NCBI GenBank assembly: GCA_021783095.1
Contig: JAJXUG010000009.1
Coordinates: forward strand, 28,025 to 92,024
Length of the DNA: 64,000 nucleotides
Direction: 5' to 3'
Source: Chloroflexota bacterium
GTDB lineage: Bacteria; Chloroflexota; Limnocylindria; Limnocylindrales; CSP1-4
In this document: positions 39,450-47,633 of the stretch, piece after piece
Layout: each line of letters begins with the position of its first letter
Position numbering within the stretch: position 1 is the first letter of the stretch
Program-made: the position numbers and the translations under genes
The notes under the pieces: model-generated
Database searches by the model: none
Seen by the model: the letters and a program-made list of their open reading frames with translations, nothing else
What the model was told of the DNA's origin: nothing

Positions 39450-41029
39450 TGGACGGCATCGACATCCTGATCGTCGGCGCCGGCCCGGCCGGGCTGGCCG
39501 CGGGCATCCGCGCCAAGCAGGTCGCGAAGGACGCCGGCCGCGAGCTGGCGGTGGCCGTCATCGACAAAGCGCCCGCGGCGGGCAACCACGTGCTGTCGGG
39601 TGCGGCCTTCGAGCCCGCCGTCCTCGACGACCTGCTCCCCGGCTGGCGCGAGGTCCGCCACTCGTTCACCGACACGATGGTCCCGGTCCAGCGCGAGGAC
39701 ATGATGTTCCTCCGCGCGAAGGGCGCCAACCGGATCCCGCCGCTCGTGATCCCGTCGCGGATGCACCACACCGGCGACGTCATCATCTCCGCCACGCGCC
39801 TGGCGCAGTTCCTCGCCGAGCAGGCGACCAGGCTGGGCGTCGAGGTCTACCACGGGTACACGGCACGATCGCTGATCGTCGAGGACGGGGTCCTGCGGGG
39901 GGTTCGCCTCGCTGAGCTCGGCCTCCGCGCAGACGGCACGCCGAAGGGCAACCACATCCCGGCCGAGGAGGTCCGCGCCCCGGTCACGATCCTCGCCGAC
40001 GGGACGCACGGCGTGCTGTCGGGGGCATTCGCCCAGCAGTTCGGCGCGGCGCATCCGCAGACCCTCTCGCTGGGCATGAAGGCCATCGTCCAGTTCCCCG
40101 AGCCGAGCCCGTTCGGCAACAACCGCGTCATGCACACGCTGGGCTACCCGCTGCCGCCGTCGGTGTTCGGCGGGGGGTTCCTCTACTCGCTGGGCGAGAA
40201 GACCGTCGCCGTCGGCCTGATCCTGGGCCTCGACTGGAAGTACGGCGACCTCGACCCGCAGCGCGAGTTCGAGACCTTCCGGGCCCACCCCTACATCAGC
40301 CGCCTGCTCCAGGGCGGCGTGACCGTGGCCACCGGGGCCAAGACGATCCCGGAGGGCGGCCTCGCGTCGATCGGCGCCGTGTCAGCGCCGGGCGGCATGG
40401 TTGTCGGCGACGGCGCCGGCTTCGTCAACATGGAGAAGATCAAGGGCATCCACTACGCGATCCGCTCGGGCATGTGCGCGGCCGAGACCGCGGTCGACGC
40501 GCTGGGCGAGAACGGCGCGGTGGGCTCGCTCGATGGGTATCGCGCCAAGCTCGAGGCCGCGGGCGTGCTCGCGGACATGCGCCACGCCCGCAACTACCGG
40601 CAGGTGTTCGCGAAGGGCGGACTGTTCCTCGGCACGCCGCTGTCGCTGGTGTCGTCGGCGATCCCCAAGCAGCTCGGCCACCACCGCGACGGAGCGGCGA
40701 CCAAGAAGGGGGCCCGCCTCAACCGCCCCGACCCGGGCCGCATGGACGGCGCCACGTTCGTGGCCCTGACTGGCACGCTCCACCGCGAGGACGAGCCGTC
40801 GCACATCACGATCAAGGACCCGGCGCAGTGCGTGACCTGTGAGGCCGACTACGCGAACGCCTGCACGCACTTCTGCCCGGGCCAGGTGTACCGCTGGGAT
40901 GGCGACAGGATCGTCCTGTCCCCGTCGAACTGCCTGCACTGCATGAGCTGCACGGTGAAGTGCCCGACGCTCAACATCGACTGGGTGCCGCCCGAGGGCG
41001 GCGAGGGGCCGCACTACAAGCAGCTCTGA
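39446..41029 (+). CDS. Electron transfer flavoprotein-quinone oxidoreductase (FixC-FixX-like, FAD plus 4Fe-4S)
   Basis: ORF 39446..41029. FAD motif DILIVGAGPAGLAAG. C-terminal ferredoxin-like CxxC clusters (CVTCEADYANACTHFCP, CLHCMSCTVKCP). ATGA overlap with the etf gene. Confidence 0.85.
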   Translation: MMDGIDILIVGAGPAGLAAGIRAKQVAKDAGRELAVAVIDKAPAAGNHVLSGAAFEPAVLDDLLPGWREVRHSFTDTMVPVQREDMMFLRAKGANRIPPLVIPSRMHHTGDVIISATRLAQFLAEQATRLGVEVYHGYTARSLIVEDGVLRGVRLAELGLRADGTPKGNHIPAEEVRAPVTILADGTHGVLSGAFAQQFGAAHPQTLSLGMKAIVQFPEPSPFGNNRVMHTLGYPLPPSVFGGGFLYSLGEKTVAVGLILGLDWKYGDLDPQREFETFRAHPYISRLLQGGVTVATGAKTIPEGGLASIGAVSAPGGMVVGDGAGFVNMEKIKGIHYAIRSGMCAAETAVDALGENGAVGSLDGYRAKLEAAGVLADMRHARNYRQVFAKGGLFLGTPLSLVSSAIPKQLGHHRDGAATKKGARLNRPDPGRMDGATFVALTGTLHREDEPSHITIKDPAQCVTCEADYANACTHFCPGQVYRWDGDRIVLSPSNCLHCMSCTVKCPTLNIDWVPPEGGEGPHYKQL

Positions 41030-41047
41030 GGCAGATCTGGACGATGT

Positions 41048-41071
41048 GAGGGCCCGGCTCGCCGGGCCCTC
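41048..41071 (+). terminator. Stem-loop downstream of ETF-QO (10-bp GC stem, 4-nt loop)
   Basis: GAGGGCCCGG (41048-41057), loop CTCG, CCGGGCCCTC (41062-41071). Begins 19 nt after the stop. No U-tract. Confidence 0.5.
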
Positions 41072-41185
41072 GACGATTCCGAGCTCGGCCCGGCGGCCCA
41101 GGGCTCGCGAGATCCACCCGCGCGCGCCTGCCGTAGGCTTCACTTGAGTGGCGGCCGCGGGTGCCGTCGTGACCGAGGAGCCTCC

Positions 41186-41383
41186 ATGCGCGCGTCCCGC
41201 CTCGTCGTCGCCGTCATCGTCGGCCTGCTCGGGCTGGTCTGGCTGGGACAGGGCCTGGGCTATATCGGCGGCAGCTTCATGACCGGCAGCCAGTTCTGGG
41301 CGACGATCGGGACGCTGCTGCTCGTGGTCGCCCTGGCGATCGTCGTCCTCGAGGCGCGGCGGGGGCGCCGCACGACGGGCTAG
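41186..41383 (+). CDS. Small two-TM membrane protein (hypothetical)
   Basis: ATG 41186 (M15 of ORF 41144..41383) is preceded by GAGGAG (41175-41180). MRASRLVVAVIVGLLGLVWLG... contains two hydrophobic helices. Confidence 0.5.
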   Translation: MRASRLVVAVIVGLLGLVWLGQGLGYIGGSFMTGSQFWATIGTLLLVVALAIVVLEARRGRRTTG

Positions 41384-41628
41384 GCGGGCGGCCGCTCGCT
41401 GCCGGGGGTTTGCCGACCGGGCCCCCACGAGAAGGGGGGCCGAGTCGTGCCCGAATGGGGACGATCGGGTTGTGGCCCAGACTCCGGCGCGCCGATAGCC
41501 TTGGTCGGTGAGTCGCACGAAGGGGGGCCGACGGTCTTGACAGGCCCAATGCAGCTGCAGGCCGCCATCGCACGCCAGTTGCCCGCGAGCGCCTGGGGCG
41601 TGCGCGCCGCGGACCTCAAGCCCTTCAC

Positions 41629-42705
41629 ATGTTCCGCTGCCGGGACCTGGCGGGCGAGCTGGCGGCCGAGGCTGGCCTGAGCGTCAGCGAGGTCGGCGAG
41701 GTGGTCTGGTCCGCCATGCTGCACGACATCGGCAAGCTCTACATCCCCGACCGCGTCCTGCTCAAGCCCGGCGTCCTCGACGAGGAGGAGTGGCGCCTGA
41801 TGCGGATGCACCCGATCCGCGGCGCCGAGCTCCTGGAGCACGGCCAGAGCCTCGCGGCCGCGCGGAACATCGCTCGCTGGCACCACGAGAACCTCGACGG
41901 CTCGGGCTATCCGGACGGCCTCCGCGGCAGCGCGATCCCGCTCGAGGCGCGCATCGTCCGCATGGTCGACGCGTGGGACGCCATGACCAACGATCGGCCC
42001 TACCGGGCTGCGATGTCGGCCGAGCGCGCGCTCGAGGAGCTGCGTCGGTACTCGGGCAGCGCGTTCGACCCCGAGCTCGTCGAGTTGTTCACGCGCCTGG
42101 CGCTCGATTGCCTCTGCAGTTGCCGAGGCGATCGACCTCGACTGCCCCAAGTCCTGGCCGATGCCACCCGGATACTGGCCGATCGCGGCGGGTCTGGGAA
42201 GTTGTCGTGGCTGCCGCCGCCGGTGGCGAGGCGCCGCGCACGAGCGCCGCGCGGTCACCGCTTGGGGCAGAAGCGGTGTGGTTCGGCGATCGCTGAGCGC
42301 GGAAATGACGTCGGCCAACTATTGGGTCAGCGAATCCGACATCGGCCAACTATTGGGGCAGAAGACCCTGGCCGATGCGAGCATTCGAGGCGTCGAGGAG
42401 GGAGCGCCGGCCATCTGCCCCAAGTCCTGGCCGATGCGCGGGTGGCGGCATGGGCCGTGCCGCTGGCGTGGATGGCGACGACTCCGTCACGTGCCTACGC
42501 CGCCTCGCCGCACCGAGCGCCCCCCCGAGGTGCCAGCGGGCGGGACGCGCAGGCCCGCGCCGTCACCAGAGCGCGGCTGATGCGCCCTAGCCGCGGACCT
42601 CACGAAGACGATGTTCAGGGGGTCGGCTCTCGCGGGGGATTCTCCGCGAGGAACTGCTCGATCGTTCGGGAGTCGAAGCCGTCCCAGACCATGAAGAAGA
42701 CCTGA
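41629..42705 (+). pseudogene. HD-GYP phosphodiesterase domain gene, apparently N-terminally truncated with a degenerate 3' tail
   Basis: ORF 41629..42705. HD-GYP motifs HDIGK, HHENLDGSGYP and DAWDAMTNDRPYR lie within about 41626-42100. The first conserved His is the codon just before the ATG. The frame opens only at 41512 and has no ATG/GTG/TTG upstream. The last roughly 190 codons are Arg-rich, repeat-containing, and overlap the convergent gene. Confidence 0.55.
42142..42437. repeat. Cluster of short direct and palindromic repeats at the core/island junction
   Basis: 23-nt direct repeat CTGCCCCAAGTCCTGGCCGATGC at 42142-42164 and 42415-42437. 16-nt TCGGCCAACTATTGGG (palindromic core CCAA-N3-TTGG) at 42311-42326 and 42342-42357. 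TTGGGGCAGAAG at 42262-42273 and 42353-42364. Confidence 0.8.
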
Positions 42706-44102
42706 TGCGCCGTCCGGGAGAGGAGTCGGAGTGCATCGGCGAGGTCCTGGTCAGGTAGCGGCGCGACAGCCCGGCGGACCTCGGGATCCTGGATCACCCG
42801 CTCGATCGCGGGCTCCGTGCGGTGCGCGTAGAACTGGCCGAAGCTGGGGTAGGCGTTCCTCGGCCGGTCCGTCTCGGCAAGTGTGGCGAGGTCCTGGAGG
42901 GCGTCGAACTGGCAGAGGCTGTCGAGCACGGCGCCGTCGACCTCTGCGCGCTCGTCAGGCCGCAGGCAGTCGGTGGCGAGTGCCAGCTGCTCAGCGGCCT
43001 TGAGGACCGAGACCTCGACCTGGCGGCCACCGCTCTCCCGCTGCAGAAGCATGCCTCGGGCCGCATAGACGAGGGCGTGGCGGAGCCAGGTCCGGCCGAG
43101 CTGGGCGAACCGCTCCCGGTCGCCGGGCTCGAGGGCCAGGCGCCGGACCATGGACCAGCGGCGCTGCCGCACGGCGAGGCCGCCGACGGCAAACACCCGC
43201 AGAGCGACCTCGAGCCAGATCCGATCGGCCGCGATCCCCGCTGTCCCGGGACGGGCGAACTGTTCGTGGCCGACCTCGTAGGCGTCGCTGAGCGCGGCGA
43301 CGGATCCGATGAGCAGCCAGTCGAGGTCGAGGAGGATGGCGAGTGACAGCAGGCACCCCACCCTGTCGAGGACCCCGCGCAGGCCCTCGAGGTCGTCCTG
43401 CTCGACGCGTTCGACCACGACCGGCTTGATCCGAGCGAGCAGCAGGCGGATCGGGACGGTGTCGCCGACGCGGACGAGCTGCGCCGCCCGCGCCCCGAAG
43501 GGGCCGAGCTCCTCCTCGAAGCCAATCCCCGGCCGCTCGGCCGCGGGCGCCGCCGCCGCTGTCAGGTCCGCCGCCCACTCGCGCCGCACCCGCGTCCGCT
43601 CCTGCTCGACGAACCGGTCACGGAGTCGGGCCATGTCCGGGTGGGTCACGCGAACGCTGGCAGTGCCGCGCCGGACGAGCACGTCAGCCTCTCGGAAGAC
43701 CGTCGTCTGGCGGCCGTCCTCCTCGTACTGGCCGTCTGCGGACAGGATGGCGAAGCCGTTCGGGTGCGGGCCGATCCACATGAGGGCGAGGGCCACGCCG
43801 TCGATCTCGTGCACGGCGCAGCGGAGGTCGACGTCGGGGAGGTAGCGGCGGACTCGCCCGCGGATCGTCGCCTCGTCGAAGTCTCGGCGGGCCGTCGGCC
43901 CGAGTCCGACGGGCGTCCCGTCGTCGGCGGCGCCGACCACGATGTAGCCCCCCTCGGCCGACATCGCCGCCATGTCCTTGACCAGCTCGACGAGGTCCCG
44001 CCGGACGGCGAGGTCGGCCGCGGACTTGAAGTCGAGGCCCTCGAACTCGTGCTGCTCGGCGAGCAGCTCGCGGAGCTGGTCCGCGTCGAGACGTGTCGTC
44101 AT
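42615..44102 (-). CDS. AlbA_2 (Schlafen-like) DNA-binding domain protein with uncharacterised C-terminal domain
   Basis: ORF 42615..44102. N-terminal EQHEFEGLDFKSAADL...AEGGYIVVGAADDGTPVGL matches the AlbA_2 pattern. About 300 aa of unassigned helical C-terminus. Confidence 0.55.
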   Translation of the reverse strand: MTTRLDADQLRELLAEQHEFEGLDFKSAADLAVRRDLVELVKDMAAMSAEGGYIVVGAADDGTPVGLGPTARRDFDEATIRGRVRRYLPDVDLRCAVHEIDGVALALMWIGPHPNGFAILSADGQYEEDGRQTTVFREADVLVRRGTASVRVTHPDMARLRDRFVEQERTRVRREWAADLTAAAAPAAERPGIGFEEELGPFGARAAQLVRVGDTVPIRLLLARIKPVVVERVEQDDLEGLRGVLDRVGCLLSLAILLDLDWLLIGSVAALSDAYEVGHEQFARPGTAGIAADRIWLEVALRVFAVGGLAVRQRRWSMVRRLALEPGDRERFAQLGRTWLRHALVYAARGMLLQRESGGRQVEVSVLKAAEQLALATDCLRPDERAEVDGAVLDSLCQFDALQDLATLAETDRPRNAYPSFGQFYAHRTEPAIERVIQDPEVRRAVAPLPDQDLADALRLLSRTAHQVFFMVWDGFDSRTIEQFLAENPPREPTP

Positions 44103-44220
44103 GCCCGCAGGGTACCGAGCCTGTAACGGCTCGGTCAGGCCCTTCGGTAGGCGCGTTGGGAGCCGGCGGGGGCGCGGCGCGGTCCTGAGAGGCGCGGGTC
44201 ACGCCACCAGTTGAGCCCGC

Positions 44221-44706
44221 TTGTCCACGATGGCGGCGGCGAGCTCGGGCACCTCCACTCGCAGCGTCGAGGGCCGCATCATGATCGCCGTCGCCGCGCA
44301 CCACGGCGAGTCAAGCTTCGGGGGGCTCACGAGGGCAACGGGCGTCCGGCTCGGCGAGATGGGTGAGGGCGGCTGGGCGGGGTGCCATCAAGGCAGCGGG
44401 CCGTGTCCCGAGGCGAACGCGGACGCTGACCCCGCTCACCCCTTCTACGGGCAGGAGATGGTGTTCACCGGCGCCCTCGCGTCGATGACACGGCGCAGGC
44501 GTGGGATCGGGTCGCCGAGGTCGGCGGGCGCCCTGCGCCGGGCGTCACGAAGCACACCAACATCCTCGTGATCGGGTATCAGGACGCCAGCAAGCTGAGG
44601 CCGGGCGAGGAGCGCCAAGGCCCGCAAGGCGCGGGACCTCCGGCTGGCCGCGCAGCAGATCGAGATCCTGCCGGAGCTCGACTTCGTGCGCCTCCTCATG
44701 GCCTGA
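44221..44706 (+). pseudogene. Frameshifted remnant of an exonuclease-BRCT type gene (C-terminal BRCT domain)
   Basis: HPFYGQEMVFTGALASMTR (frame 1, from 44437) continues as AQAWDRVAEVGGRPAPGVTKHTNILVIGYQDASKLRPGEE (frame 0, from 44493). It then reads AKARKARDLRLAAQQIEILPELDFVRLLMA-stop (frame 1, from 44614, TGA 44704-44706). Two frame changes are needed to read one BRCT-like domain, and no intact upstream catalytic domain is present. Confidence 0.55.
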
Positions 44707-44741
44707 GAGCGCGGCGGAAGGTCTGGGGCACGGCGGCCCCT

Positions 44742-45311
44742 TCAGCACAATCGACGCGTTTGCCGACGCGATGCGCACCTTGAGGTGCCGCTGCCGCCAG
44801 GGCGTCCCGGCCATCCGTGCCTGAGGGCGCGGTCCGCGCGAACCAGCCCGAGGCACGCGGCCCACACCGCCGCCGCGTAGGCGATCTCGAGGCCGGCAAC
44901 CAGCTGGTCCTTCGCGGCGGCGATGAAGAACGCGGCCGACGCGGCCCAGACGAGGACGCCGAAGGCGCGGACGACGGGCGCGAGGTACATGACCGTCGGC
45001 CGCCGCAGGATCGCGAGGCGCCCGCGGAGCCGCCGGTCGACCGCGACGATCGGCGGGCCGAGCGCCGCCACGGCGGCGGCGAACGCGTTGACCGCCAGGG
45101 CCAGCGACGCGGTGAGGTCGGCTGCCGGGCCAGGCTGCACGATGGTGATGGCCAGCATCCACACGCAGCCGACGACGCCGAGCGAGGCAAGCCTGACAGC
45201 CTGGGAGGTCGAGCGCGCTCCGAGGACCCCGGCCGCGAGGTAGAGCGCCAGGGCGACGGGCGGCTCGCGACAGGCGGCGAGGTAGGCGTCGATCGCCGCG
45301 ACGCCCGTCAC
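44742..45311 (-). CDS. Multi-pass (about 5 TM) membrane protein translationally coupled to the E1 gene
   Basis: Last 189 codons of ORF 44742..46742. GTG 45309-45311 overlaps the E1 stop 45308-45310 (GTGA). Hydrophobic segments include VALALYLAAGVLGA, LGVVGCVWMLAITIV, LALAVNAFAAAVAAL, LAPVVRAFGVLVWAASAAFFIAAA and LEIAYAAAVWAACLGLV. Confidence 0.6.
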   Translation of the reverse strand: MTGVAAIDAYLAACREPPVALALYLAAGVLGARSTSQAVRLASLGVVGCVWMLAITIVQPGPAADLTASLALAVNAFAAAVAALGPPIVAVDRRLRGRLAILRRPTVMYLAPVVRAFGVLVWAASAAFFIAAAKDQLVAGLEIAYAAAVWAACLGLVRADRALRHGWPGRPGGSGTSRCASRRQTRRLC

Positions 45312-46687
45312 GTGCCTGCCCTCACGAAGCCGCTGTTCGGCGGGGCCGGCAGGCGGTTGGGGGCTGTCCGGGCGAACGCCGCGTCGGCGAGGGAGATCGA
45401 GACAGCCTCGAGCCTCACGCCGCCGTGGAGGTGCCGGAGCAGGTCGGCGACGCCGAGGGCGCCAGCGACCGCCCCAACGAAGGCGGCGCCCGCCGTGCGG
45501 CCCGCGAGCTCGGCGACCCCGCAGGCCGCGGCGTCCCGCGACATCCCGCGAGCCTCCAGCTCGCGGATCGCGGCGGCGTAGGCGGGCGCTGCCGCGAGGT
45601 CGCCAGGGCTGCGAGCCGGCGCCTCGGGGAAGGCGTCTGCCGCCCTCCGCGATCCGGGGAAGCTCTGGAGCACGATGTCGAGGTACCGGGCGCCGCGCCC
45701 AAGGCCCGCGTCGACAGCGTACGCGAGCCCCGCGGCCTCGAGGCTGCGCCTCGGCTCCGGCTTGTCGAACCCGGCCAGGGCCATCGCGGGCTCCGTGGCG
45801 TCGCCCGCGAAGCCCGCGCCAAAGCGCCGCTCGGAGATGAACGTCGCCAGCCCCCTCGACTCGAGCTCCCGCGCCACGGCGCGGGCCTTGCTCCGGCCGA
45901 CGTCGCCGGCCGCGAGCAGGAGCCCGGTGTCGAGGTTCGCGGTGACGGCGCGCTCCGGGTCCACCAGCCCGATGCAGACGCCCGGGTCGTGCCCGTAGGG
46001 GAGCGAGCCGATGGCCCACGCGTTGGCCTGCCCGAGGTGGCCGACGCCGAGCAGCCACAGCGCGGACGGCAGGTAGGCGAGCGACGCGCCCCTCCCGTCG
46101 GCGTCGCGCCAGTCGAGGTCGGGCCGCCAGAGCGAGACGCCGGCATCGCGGCGCGCGGCGAGGGCGATGCCCTTGGCGGCCTGGAACGCCTCCGAGACCG
46201 CGATCGCGCCGGCGACAACGCCAGCCAGCGGCATCCCGTCGCCCTCTGGCAGGCGGCGACCGGCATCGGTCGTCACCCCGCCGGCCCATCCGTCCCAGGT
46301 TGCGTGGATCGCTGTCGCGGGCGCGGCTGCGGCGCCACCGCCGATCACGACCACCACCGGGACCTCGTCCCCGTCTCCCGAGGCGCGAGCGGCGCCGGCC
46401 CGGGCCAGGGCGTCGTCGAGGCGCTCGCCCCGGCCCCAGCCGTGGCGCAGGATGGGATTCCCGGCCGCAGCGACGGACACGCCGCCCTTGAAGGCGCGGA
46501 CTCCGCACCGGAGCGCGGTGAGGAAGGCCGCGGTGGCCGTGGCGGAATCCTCCCAGCCGCTGCCCATCGCGATCCCGAGCCGCCGTCGGCGGGCGAGGGC
46601 GGCAGACTCGGCGATCGTGGCGGCCGTCCCGTCGTCGAGGTCGATCTTGTCGGTGCGGCCGAGCTCGTCGGGATCGATCACGGCCAC
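45308..46687 (-). CDS. E1-like (ThiF/MoeB/UBA-family) activating enzyme, BilD-like
   Basis: In-frame GTG at 46685-46687, or GTG at 46679-46681 overlapping the JAB stop, in ORF 45308..47122. Rossmann-type LLGVGHLGQANAWAI. Sits in an operon with Ubl, E2 and JAB genes. Confidence 0.7.
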   Translation of the reverse strand: MAVIDPDELGRTDKIDLDDGTAATIAESAALARRRRLGIAMGSGWEDSATATAAFLTALRCGVRAFKGGVSVAAAGNPILRHGWGRGERLDDALARAGAARASGDGDEVPVVVVIGGGAAAAPATAIHATWDGWAGGVTTDAGRRLPEGDGMPLAGVVAGAIAVSEAFQAAKGIALAARRDAGVSLWRPDLDWRDADGRGASLAYLPSALWLLGVGHLGQANAWAIGSLPYGHDPGVCIGLVDPERAVTANLDTGLLLAAGDVGRSKARAVARELESRGLATFISERRFGAGFAGDATEPAMALAGFDKPEPRRSLEAAGLAYAVDAGLGRGARYLDIVLQSFPGSRRAADAFPEAPARSPGDLAAAPAYAAAIRELEARGMSRDAAACGVAELAGRTAGAAFVGAVAGALGVADLLRHLHGGVRLEAVSISLADAAFARTAPNRLPAPPNSGFVRAGT

Positions 46688-47181
46688 CTCCCCACGTAGA
46701 GGCGGCGCTCTGCGTCGCGCCCCGTCCAGCTCGTCCACGCACCGCCGCCGTCGTGGCGGTGGACGCCGACCTCGCGCGGCCGAACCGTGCGGGCGGCGAG
46801 GTCGGGCACGATGAGCGCGACGTGCCCGCGCCTGCCCACCATCGACGACCCGCGGTCGATGCTGCTCTGGTCCACCCAGCTCGCCGGGTGCGTGTGGACG
46901 TCGCCGATGACGGCGAGGGCCTCGCGCCGGCACAGGTCCCACAGCGCGGAGAAGGCGGGCGCGTGCAGGGCCACGCCGCCGTCGAGCGCGTCCGGGTCGA
47001 GGTCGTCGAAGTAGACGATCCGCGTCACGCGCCACTCGGCTGTCGATGGGGCCAGGAGGAAGGCGCCCGACTCCCGCTCGCCTCCGGCCCGCCGGCCGAG
47101 CTCGCCGACCAGGCCCGCCCACGACGACCGGCCGAAGCGCAGGAGCGCTCCCCGTCCGAAGAGCCGCTCAGACGCCCGCAT
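46678..47181 (-). CDS. JAB/MPN (JAMM) metallopeptidase, deubiquitinase-like (BilC-like)
   Basis: ORF 46678..47181. Intact JAMM motif: E in GERESGAFLL, then HTHPASWVDQSSID (H-x-H-x7-S-x2-D). Confidence 0.85.
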   Translation of the reverse strand: MRASERLFGRGALLRFGRSSWAGLVGELGRRAGGERESGAFLLAPSTAEWRVTRIVYFDDLDPDALDGGVALHAPAFSALWDLCRREALAVIGDVHTHPASWVDQSSIDRGSSMVGRRGHVALIVPDLAARTVRPREVGVHRHDGGGAWTSWTGRDAERRLYVGRWP

Positions 47182-47632
47182 ACTCGTCGCTCATGAGCAT
47201 CTCGGAGAGCAGCCGCAGGCACAGGGTGATGTCCTTCGTCGGATCCCACGCCCAGGACCGGTGCTCGTCGCGCCAGTTGGGGTGGCCGGCCAGCGCCACG
47301 CGGTCGCAGGGCACGTAGAGCGCCGACCCCGACTCCCAGTCTGTGCGGAAGGCGCGCTCGGCACGGCCGCCCTTGGGGCGTGCCGCCTGCCCCGCCTGCG
47401 TGTTGGCGGCGACGTCCCACGGCGTCGCCGTCGGCGCCTGCGCCGGGTAGCCGGACAGCTCGAACCGCAGGGTGAAGGCGTCGGGCGCGCCGACGCGGGC
47501 GGCCGCCCGGACCGCGATCCAGGCGTGCGGCCAGGAGATCCCGAGCAGCCACCAGAGCCCCTCCTCGACGCCTGCGCGGTACGCGGCGCCGAGGAGGTGG
47601 TCGCGGAAGGTTCGCTCGTCGGGCGCGAGCAC
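47168..47632 (-). CDS. Prokaryotic E2-like (UBC-fold) conjugating enzyme, BilB-like
   Basis: ORF 47168..47632. UBC-like FTLRFELSGYPAQAPTATPWD followed by a candidate catalytic Cys in ALYVPCDR. Overlaps the JAB start by 14 nt. Confidence 0.7.
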   Translation of the reverse strand: MLAPDERTFRDHLLGAAYRAGVEEGLWWLLGISWPHAWIAVRAAARVGAPDAFTLRFELSGYPAQAPTATPWDVAANTQAGQAARPKGGRAERAFRTDWESGSALYVPCDRVALAGHPNWRDEHRSWAWDPTKDITLCLRLLSEMLMSDEYAGV

Positions 47633-47633
47633 G

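Noticed and set aside
41380-42318. 312-aa minus-strand ORF
   Set aside because: It is antisense to the HD-GYP domain, whose motifs (HDIGK, HHE..DG.GYP) fix the coding strand.
44696-45190. Alternative minus-strand ORFs (164 and 205 aa) overlapping the TM gene
   Set aside because: They lie in different frames from the GTGA-coupled ORF, and their translations are Arg/Pro/Ser-rich with no hydrophobic periodicity.
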